64,000 bases of DNA from an uncultured Planctomycetota bacterium (lineage in GTDB: Bacteria > Planctomycetota > Planctomycetia > Isosphaerales > Isosphaeraceae): contig CAVTTN010000002.1 in NCBI GenBank assembly GCA_963737655.1, positions 4,480,001 to 4,544,000 on the forward strand. Direction: 5' to 3'. Position numbers and translations under genes: made by a program. Positions within the stretch are counted from its first letter, which is position 1. Every line of letters begins with the position of its first letter. A model generated the notes under the pieces. That model ran no database searches. It saw only the letters and a list, made by a program, of their open reading frames with translations, and was not told the DNA's origin. Shown piece after piece: positions 52,069 to 59,800 of this stretch.

Positions 52069-52671
52069 TCAAAAAACGCCGCTCGGAACGACGAACGGCC
52101 TGGCGGCATCGGGGTTTGAATAGTAAGTAACAAGATACCGCGACACACTGACGACAAAAAACAAGACACCGCTCACTTCGGGATACGCACTGAAGAGGCC
52201 TGTTTCTGGATGAAACAGCACTTCCGTCATTTCTTCCGGCTCAACATCCGCGAAGAAATCGCCGTAGATTCCGACGATGTAGGGAACTTGCTGGTCATGG
52301 GCGAGTTGTTTGTATGTTGCAAATTTGCCCTGCGTTGTCGCGTACAACCGATCGATGTTGTGACCTCTGCCCGCATTGAAGTTTACGACCTCAATCATGG
52401 CGGCTAGCGTTTCATCTTGGTTGACAACACTCCAGTCAGGCGTCCTACCGCCAACAACACGTTCGTGATCGACGCGATTTCCAAGCGTAGCCAAATATGC
52501 ACCGATAACTAGTTCGCGGAATGTGTGCATTCTTTCGTCGTTATACTCAGTGCGAGGTAGCGACAAGAATTTCTTGGCGAAGGCTGCGGCATCCCGATCC
52601 CTGATATGCTCAAAGCAACGATAGATGGTCCGATTGATGCTCGAATTGTCTGCGAGGACGCCGTACTTCAT
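52069..52671 (-). CDS. Hypothetical protein, AT-rich (foreign); possible PD-(D/E)xK-like motif
   Basis: 200-aa ORF with atypical codon usage; ELVIGAYL…RTPDW…IEVVN. Confidence 0.65.
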   Translation of the reverse strand: MKYGVLADNSSINRTIYRCFEHIRDRDAAAFAKKFLSLPRTEYNDERMHTFRELVIGAYLATLGNRVDHERVVGGRTPDWSVVNQDETLAAMIEVVNFNAGRGHNIDRLYATTQGKFATYKQLAHDQQVPYIVGIYGDFFADVEPEEMTEVLFHPETGLFSAYPEVSGVLFFVVSVSRYLVTYYSNPDAARPFVVPSGVF

Positions 52672-52683
52672 CGTGGCAGCTCG

Positions 52684-52708
52684 AAAAAAGCCCCGCCTTC
52701 AGCGGGGC
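52684..52708 (-). terminator. Rho-independent terminator
   Basis: Minus strand GCCCCGC-TGAAG-GCGGGGC followed by TTTTTT, downstream of the 52743-52973 gene. Confidence 0.7.
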
Positions 52709-52742
52709 AGGTGGATGTGTCGCCAAACAGCGGCCAAGCCGC

Positions 52743-52973
52743 TTAGGACTTCTTCTTACGGTTGTATGGTGACTGGTTGGTCGGCGTAAGGGGGATACCT
52801 TCCTTTGACGCTTCAGCGTAGATCGCCTCGGGCGTGCCGCCCATTTTAAGGCCGATGACGCGGGTTGGCGTGTTTCCCTTCGCCAGCTCTTTGAGTTGCT
52901 TCACCTCAACGGCTGTCCACACCTTGCCAGCAGCTGTCCACACCTTGCCAGCATTTGCGGGTATTTTCGCCAT
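52743..52973 (-). CDS. Small basic HTH-like hypothetical protein with internal 7-aa tandem duplication
   Basis: GAAGGGG RBS; MAKIPANAGKVWTAAGKVWTAVEVKQLKELAKGNTPTRVIGLKMG…PTNQSPYNRKKKS. Confidence 0.75.
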   Translation of the reverse strand: MAKIPANAGKVWTAAGKVWTAVEVKQLKELAKGNTPTRVIGLKMGGTPEAIYAEASKEGIPLTPTNQSPYNRKKKS

Positions 52974-53183
52974 GCCACACCCCCTTCGGGGCAACTGAAC
53001 TTCTGCATCGTACCGCCTCGAAACCGTCGTGTGCAATACCAGACTCATCCTCTGTCTAGATTTCGCTTTTCGCAAGCTTTGGAGCGTTAAGACGTGCTGG
53101 ACTGGTTGGCACGCGGCCTAGAGGGGCAACATGTTAATGTGGGATTTCTTTCCACGTTGATCTATTCTCCTTCCTCACGCCAG

Positions 53184-53462
53184 TCACCCTCCGCCGGCCT
53201 CGCTCGTCAACGCGGGTCGGGCGGCCGGGGGCGCCTCGACGAATTCCTCACACCCTGGGGTCGGGGCGGCCACGGCCTGCCGGGGCGATCGGTCGGAACC
53301 TGGCGCGAGTGCCGGTCTCGGTGGGAGTCGGACCAATTCTCGGCCGCTGGCGAGGCCTAGATCGTGGAGGGCCGCGACCATCTTCGGGATGTCGTATCCG
53401 TGGGACGCCGCGAACGCCTCTCGAACCTCTCGGACTTCCCGCACCACCTCGTCCTCGGTCAT
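53184..53462 (-). CDS. Small protein downstream of the PIN gene (putative antitoxin)
   Basis: MTEDEVVREVREVREAFAASHGYDI…; start overlaps the PIN stop (ATGA). Confidence 0.65.
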   Translation of the reverse strand: MTEDEVVREVREVREAFAASHGYDIPKMVAALHDLGLASGRELVRLPPRPALAPGSDRSPRQAVAAPTPGCEEFVEAPPAARPALTSEAGGG

Positions 53463-53943
53463 GGCTGGTCCTCCGGCGGCGGCAACTCCTGGGGCGTACA
53501 GATCAACGGCGGCTCGCACCCGGCCGCCCGGCACGCCGCCTCGATCCGGGGGCGGAGCGAGGCGTTGGCGATGTGGACGCAATTCCACGTCAACAGGAGA
53601 AGTGCATCCCGTGGACCGCAGCCGTCGCGATGTGGACGGCGTCTGCCGCCGCGCGGGGCGGGATCGGCACGGCCCGCGCCAGGGAGGAGGCCAAACTGGC
53701 CACCTCCGCGGTCTGGTCCAGGAGGGGCAGCCCGTCCACGGCGGCGAGCCGCGCAGCAGCGGCGGCCGGGTCGCCGGCCTGGCACTCGGCCAGGACCAGC
53801 GGCGAGACGAACAGGTCGAACGCGGCCCGCCGGCCTCACTCCTCGCGGGTCACCTGCTGGTGGGCCGACCGGAGCAGGTCGCGGCTCGGCCACGCGGTCA
53901 GGTAGCTGGGGACCGTCGTCTCGACGTACACGCGGGGTTTCAT
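53459..53943 (-). pseudogene. PIN-domain (VapC-like) toxin with in-frame TGA (53836-53838) and frameshift (~53597)
   Basis: MKPRVYVETTVPSYLTAWPSRDL…HQQVTREE*…FVSPLVLAEC…ADAVHIATAAVHG, then a shift to LLTWNCVHIANA…ICTPQEL. Confidence 0.8.
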
Positions 53944-54013
53944 GGATTGTTAGGGTATCGCGGCGTTCATCGCTCGACAAGCAGCCCCGGGGAAATGGAA
54001 AAGGGGTCAGGAG

Positions 54014-54144
54014 TGCTCCGTCGAAGAGGTCCGATTTCGCGGCCCTTGGACGGCTTCGCGACCTCGTATTGCCCCGAAAGTAAGGGCCTCTTGAGATTCC
54101 ATTTGGCCGAGATGCCCCCGAAATCGGACCTATTCTAAAGAGCA
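54014..54144. mobile_element. MITE-like element with 26-bp TIRs related to family B
   Basis: TGCTCCGTCGAAGAGGTCCGATTTCG … CGAAATCGGACCTATTCTAAAGAGCA. Confidence 0.7.
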
Positions 54145-54191
54145 AGAATGTCCCCTTTGGTCCCTCCCCTTCCTTCCCTCGGATCGCTGAC

Positions 54192-54935
54192 TCAGGCGTT
54201 CGTGCCGCCATCGACTGTCAGGTTCGCACCGGTGATGTAAGACGATTCCGGGCCGGCGAGGAACGCCACCAGCGCCGCGACCTCTTCGACGCTCCCATAG
54301 CGGTTGAGCGCCGTGTTCGCCAACTGGGGGACGGCCCAATCTCCCGCGGCCGGGTTGAGATCGGTGTCGATCGGGCCCGGTTGGACGTTGTTGACCGTGA
54401 TGCCCCGGGCTCCCACTTCCCGGGAGAGCCCCTGCGTGAACATCTTGACCGCCCCCTTGGTCGCCGAGTACGGGACCAGGCCGGGGGTGAGGATGCGTTC
54501 GCCCACGCACGAGCCGATCATGATGATCCGGCCGCCGTTGGTCATGTGCTTCAGGGCCGCCTGAGTCGCCACGAAGGTGCCGCGGATGTTGATGGCGATG
54601 ACGCGGTCGAGCTCCTCGAGCGTCGTCTCCTCGAATGGCTTCGGGATCGCGATGCCGGCGTTGTTGACCAGGATGTCGAGCCGGCCGAATGCCGACGCGG
54701 CCTCATCGACGGCATGCTTCACCGCGTCGGCGTCGGCCGCGTCCGCCCGGATCGCCATCGCCTTCCCGCCGGCGCCCTGGATCGCGTTGACGACCGACGC
54801 GGCGGCGTCCGCGCCCTGGGAGTAAGTGATCGCCACGCCGGCCCCTTCCGCGGCCAGCCGCCTCGCGATCGCGGCACCGATCCCACGCGATCCGCCGGTG
54901 ATGAGGGCGACCTTGTTTTTCAAGAGTAGCGACAT
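54192..54935 (-). CDS. SDR-family NAD(P)-dependent oxidoreductase (begins just after attC; probable gene cassette)
   Basis: TGGSRGIG, DILVNNAG, YSATK, VNNVQPGPIDT, ITGANLTVDGG. Confidence 0.92.
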   Translation of the reverse strand: MSLLLKNKVALITGGSRGIGAAIARRLAAEGAGVAITYSQGADAAASVVNAIQGAGGKAMAIRADAADADAVKHAVDEAASAFGRLDILVNNAGIAIPKPFEETTLEELDRVIAINIRGTFVATQAALKHMTNGGRIIMIGSCVGERILTPGLVPYSATKGAVKMFTQGLSREVGARGITVNNVQPGPIDTDLNPAAGDWAVPQLANTALNRYGSVEEVAALVAFLAGPESSYITGANLTVDGGTNA

Positions 54936-54969
54936 CGTGATCCAATTTCCTCTGAGATGAAGTTATGGC

Positions 54970-55069
54970 ATTTAACGCCAAAGCTCAGCGGACCCACACC
55001 GCCGAGTGAGCGATGATAACACATGAAGTGCCGCAGCGTTGCGGGGTCCGCTGCAGCGCGAGGTCAGGC
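54970..55069 (-). mobile_element. Integron attC site
   Basis: Minus strand GCCTGAC-CTCGCGCTGCAGCGGACCC…GGGTCCGCTGAGCTTTGGC-GTTAAAT: R''/L''…L'/R' with an extra-helical base (GCTGCAGC vs GCTGAGC). Confidence 0.85.
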
Positions 55070-55202
55070 GGCCCGGCCAGGTTGTTCGCGCCGGTCTCAG
55101 GATGACAGAGCGACCTGATATGTGTGTCCATAGGGAAATATTTCCGATTTCGTTCGCGCCCTGATTCGTTCGGCGCCGTGTCACTCCGGCCCCGCCCGCC
55201 GG

Positions 55203-55735
55203 TCATTTGACGGAGTCCACGAGCCGCTCCGCGCCGGCCTTCGGGAAGAACCCGACGACGGGGCGGAACGTCTCGGCCCGGTCCCCGTCGGATGCGCCCG
55301 GACCGGGCCCTTGTGGTACCATTGCAGCGTTTCCCAGCACCCGCCGTCCACGAAGACGGTAAGCAGGCGCGACTCCCGGTCCCCGCATGCTGCGGCCAAC
55401 TTGTCCCTGGCCTGCTTGGTGAGGTGGAAGGTGACGTCATGGTTCTCGGCCAACAGTAGCCCACCCCCCGAGAGGTCGTAATTCTTGAGGGTCACCTCGG
55501 TAACCTCGGCGGCGGTGAGGATCAGGGCCGCCTTCTTGTGCGGGTACACGAGCGACTTCGGGCCGTCGCTCAATTGGATGCCCGGTCCCTCGGTCACGCC
55601 GTCAATCTGCTTGAGCTCGACCCAGCGGAGTTCGATTTTGGCCTTCGGCTTTGCGGGCGGCTCCTGACCCACGACGGCCGGGGCGTCGATCGAACACGCC
55701 ACCATCACCAGAGCGATCGCCACGTGCCGCAGCAT
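55203..55735 (-). CDS. Secreted hypothetical cassette protein (SecDF P1-head-like), frameshift near 55300
   Basis: Signal peptide + GQEPPAKPK…ELRWVE…PHKKAALILT…HLTKQARDKLAA…LTVFVDG; C-terminus RAETFRPVVGFF…AERLVDSVK in ORF 55203..55388; paralog of 55886-56410. Confidence 0.75.
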
Positions 55736-55752
55736 GATGAACCCTCCGAGAA

Positions 55753-55850
55753 GTCCAACGACCCAAGCTCACCTCCACGGCGGCATCAGGTGCGCTCGAA
55801 GCCCCGGAAAACAATCATACCGCCGGTTCAGTTGCAGCGCCTGGTTCGGC
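55753..55850 (-). mobile_element. Integron attC site
   Basis: Minus strand GCCGAAC-CAGGCGCTGCAACTGAACCGGCGG…CCGCCGTGGAGGTGAGCTTGGGTC-GTTGGAC. Confidence 0.8.
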
Positions 55851-55885
55851 GTCTGGCGGCGCGCGTTGCCCACTTCGGCCACCGA

Positions 55886-56410
55886 TCACCTGAAGGAATC
55901 GACGAGCCGCTGGGCCTCGCCCTCCGACAAGAAGAATCCGACATCGACTTGGAACGTGTCGGCCCGCGCCTGGTCCGGGACGGACTTCTTGTCCTTGTCC
56001 TTCTCGTACCGCCAACATCCCCAACTCTGCCCGTCCACGACGACCGTCAGCCATCGCGACTCGTTGCCTTCGACCGTCGCGGCCAGCTTAGCCCGGGCCT
56101 CCTTCGTGAGGTGGAGGGAGACCTTGTACAGCACACCCAGGCCGTTCTTCGTCCAGTCGTGCTTGGAGAGGCGGGCCTCGGAAACTTCGGTGGGGGTGAG
56201 TAGGAGGGCCGCCTTCTCGTGCGGGTACATGACGTCCATCGGGTCGCAAGTCGTCTGGACGCCCTTGTCCTCGGTCAGGCCCTCGACACGCTTCGCCTCC
56301 ACCCAGCGGAGTTCGACCTTCGGCTTCGCGGGCGGCTCCTGACCCAGGATTGCTGCGACACAAGCCGAACTCACCGCCATCCCCAGGGCAACTCGCATGT
56401 ACCACGGCAT
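55886..56410 (-). CDS. Secreted hypothetical cassette protein (SecDF P1-head-like)
   Basis: GGAGGG RBS; signal peptide; ELRWVE…LHLTKEARAKLAATVEGNESRWLTVVVDG…GFFLSEGEAQRLVDSFR. Confidence 0.8.
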   Translation of the reverse strand: MPWYMRVALGMAVSSACVAAILGQEPPAKPKVELRWVEAKRVEGLTEDKGVQTTCDPMDVMYPHEKAALLLTPTEVSEARLSKHDWTKNGLGVLYKVSLHLTKEARAKLAATVEGNESRWLTVVVDGQSWGCWRYEKDKDKKSVPDQARADTFQVDVGFFLSEGEAQRLVDSFR

Positions 56411-56557
56411 GACTCACCCTCCCAAGGCCGGACTCGTGATTCGCCCGCGAGCCGTCGGACGCCCGACGTGAGGCCTCGCAGCCCATCACCCTAACGAGGA
56501 ACCTGCGAGGCGGCCCGATTCGCGTCGGGCGTGAACGACAGGTGAAGGGCCCTCGCC

Positions 56558-56600
56558 GCCTAACCTAACTTAGATGGACGAAAGGACGTGTTTATATCAC
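56558..56600 (-). promoter_or_regulatory. Candidate attI site with Pc-like extended -10 promoter
   Basis: Minus strand TGATATAAACACGTCCTTTCGTCCATCTAAGTTAGGTTAGGC: GTTAGGC core at the head of the array, near-complementary to the first cassette's R'' GCCGAAC; TGnTATAAA upstream. Confidence 0.5.
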
Positions 56601-56898
56601 ATCCACCGCAGGCCGATAGGCACGCGTGCCGCCACCGGCGGCAAACGCTAGCCTATCGACGATGAGAACACATCACAATAGGCGGACGGCGCCGATCCGG
56701 ACGATCGGCCCTGGCAGTTCCCGGGGGGGCGGCCCTCCGAGGGGCTCGTCCGAGGGCGGGGAATGGGGGCGGGCCGCCGCGGACGGGCGATCCGCGGCGT
56801 TGTCATGGGCCCTTTGCGCGTTGTACAATCCCCGTCGAACCGCCCTGCGACGCCGACCCTCGCCCGCGACCCGCCGATTTCCTCTCGGGGACCGTCCG

Positions 56899-59800
56899 AT
56901 GCCGCTCGCCTCCCTTCGCCGGGCCTTGCCCGCGATGCTCGGCCTCGCCCTTTCGCTGGCCTCCCTCGCCCCCTCGACGGCCCTGGCCGCGAAGCCGAAG
57001 GTGCCCGAGGGGTTCGAGGCGAAGCTTGCCGCCGCCGTCCCCGCCATCGAATTCCCCTGCCAGGTCGCCACGGCGCCCGACGGCGCCTTCTTCGTCGCCG
57101 AGGACCCGATGGACCAGGTCGGCCCGTATGAGGCCTTCCACGGCCGCGTCCTCCGCTTCAAGGAGATCGGCGCCGAGCCGACCGTCTTCGCCGACGGCTT
57201 CCGCGCCGTCCAGGGGATGGCCTGGCATGACGGCTCGCTCTACGTCTGCCACATGCCGTTCCTGACCGTCTGCAAGGACGCCGACGGCGACGGCAAGGCC
57301 GAGTCGAAGACTATCCTGTTCAAGGATCTGGGGCCGACCGACAATCGCGGCCTGAACGACCACATCGTCTCCGGCCTCCAGTTCGGGATGGACGGGAAGC
57401 TGTATATCTCGGTGGGTGACAAGGGCGTCCCCCTCGCCCACGGGATCGACGGCCGGACCGCCACCATCGAGGGCGGAGGCTGCCTCCGCTGCAACCCCGA
57501 CGGCACCGGCCTGGAAGTCTATTCGACCGGCACCCGCAATCATCTGGAAGTGAACCTGGACGCACTCGATAATATTTTCACCTACGACAACACCGACGAC
57601 GGCCTCGGCTGGTGGACCCGCGTCACCCACCACATCGACGGCGGCTATTATGGCTATCCCTACGACTATCACCCCCGGCCCGACCGCCACCTCCCCCGGA
57701 TGGCCGAATACGGCGGCGGCTCCCCCTGCGGCGCCGCCTTCTACAAGGAGGACGCCTGGCCCGAGAAGTACCGGGGGATGGGCTTCTGGGCCGAGTGGGG
57801 CAAGGGCAAGGTCCAGGCGTTCAAGTTCGAGAGGCAGGGCGCCTCGTTCCGCGTCGCCGAGACGATCGACTTCGCCGTGAAGGACGACGGCCTCGACTTC
57901 CGGCCCATCGACGTCGCCTTCTCCCACGACGGCAAGACCCTCTTCGTGGCCGACTGGGGCACCGGCGGCTGGGGCAACGCGAAGGAAAAAATCGGCCGGG
58001 TCTGGGCGATCACCTACACGGGGAAGGTCGAGACGAAGCTCCGGAGGGCGGAGGGCGACGAGAGCCTCCACCACCTCGAAGGCTCCCTGATGCACCCCGC
58101 GTTCTCCGAGAGGATGAAGGCCCAGGAGGACCTGATCCGCCTGGCCCGCAAGGACGCCGAGACGCTCCGGCTCGCCAGGATGCACCTCCTGGCCAACGGC
58201 CCGCTCCCCCAGCCCCTGACACATCCCCTGATCAAGCGCCACCTCGTCTGGGTGATCAACGCCGTCGAGGGGGACAGGCCCTCGGGCCGGGATGCCCTGA
58301 TCGGTGCGCTTCGGGCCACCGATGCCGAGGTCCGCGCCCAGGCCGCCCGCGCCCTGGGCGAGCGCGGGACGAAGGAGGCGGTGGCCCCTCTCGCGAAGGC
58401 TCTCAGGGATGACGATCCGAGCGTCCGCTTGCACGCCCTGATCGCCCTGGGGCGGATCGGCGACCCGGACGCGGTCCCGGCGATCGTCCCTTTGACGGCG
58501 GATTCCGACCCGTTCCTCGCCTTCGCCGCCCGGGCCGCCCTGAGGCGGATCGGCGACTGGAAGACGATCGGGGAAGCGGGCCTCGCCTCGGCCGATCCCC
58601 GGGTCCGCATGGCGGTCCTCGCGGCGATGGAATCGCAATACGACCTGGCCGCCGCCGGCGAGCTGATCAAGCACGCGATGGGCCCCGACCATCCCCCGGC
58701 CGAACGGGCGAAGGCCCTGTTCTACCTGTCGCAGGTCCATCGCAAGTCCAAGCCCTGGGACGGCCGATGGTGGGGCACCCGCCCGGCCGACGGCAAGCCC
58801 CGGCCGAAGGACATCGAATGGGACGGCACCCGGGGCATCCTCGAAACCGTCCGCGCCGAGCTCTCCGACCCCGATCCGGCCGTCCGCATCGCCGCGTTCG
58901 ACGCCGTGAGGACCACCAACGATCGCGGCTCCCTGCCCGGGCTCCGCGAGCGGTTCTCGAAGGACACCGACGAGAACATCCGTCGCGATATCGCGCTGAT
59001 CCTCGGCGAGATGGGCGACGTCGAGGCCCTCCCCCTGCTCACGGCGGCCCTCCGCGACCCGAAGGCCGCCGAGACGGTCCGGGACGCGGCGCTGAAAGCG
59101 GTCGAGGAGATCGGCTCGGACTCGGCCACCTCCGCCCTCCTCGAACTCCTCGCGAAGCCCGACCTCGCCGCCGATCGCGCCCGGAGGGTGATCGCCGCCC
59201 TCGGCCGGTTCAAGGCGACGGCCGCCGTCGCGCCCCTGGTCGCGAGGCTCGGCGACCCCTCGGCGCCGGTCCGCGCGGCCTCGGCCGAGGCCCTGGGACG
59301 GATCGGCAAGCTCGACGGGGTCGGGCCCGCCCTCCGAGGCAAGCTCGATGATCTCGATCTCGACGTCCGCAAGGCCGCGATCCAGGCCCTCGGCACCCTG
59401 AAGGACCGCGAGGCGATCCCCGCGTTGATCCTCGCCTCGGGGAAGGCCGACACCCGGTTCGAGGCATCGCTCGCCCTGACCGCCCTGCCCGACATCCGCT
59501 CGCTCCAGACCTATCTGCACGGCCTCTCCGACCGCAACCCGGACCTGAGGAGGGCGAGCTCCCTCGCCGTCGCCGCGATCCGCGACCAGGCCGCGCCGGT
59601 GCTCTCGAGGCTCGCCGAGCGCCACGAATTGCCGGCCCCGGCGCTGCCGGAACTCACGAAGATCTACACCGGGGTCCAGCCGATCGGCCAGTGGCAGATC
59701 CTCGGCCCGTTCAAGATCGACGGCCCCCCGCCGTTCGCCGTGACGGCCCCCGTCGACCTCCTCCGCGACTACCCCGGCGCGACCGACAAGGCCGCCCGAT

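Noticed and set aside
5080..53838. Genome-wide UGA reassignment suggested by two in-frame TGA codons
   Set aside because: Many clear genes here end in TGA at their expected C-termini, and the PIN gene also carries a frameshift.
56440..56535. Third attC around the GTTAGGG at ~56490-56496
   Set aside because: A hairpin is present (GCCCGACG/CGTCGGGC, GCCTCGCAG/CTGCGAGGC), but the GTT lies in the loop rather than at the end, and no R''/L'' arrangement fits.
56600..56898. Integron integrase remnant next to the candidate attI
   Set aside because: No tyrosine-recombinase motifs seen in any frame; the region leads directly into the PVC heme protein gene.
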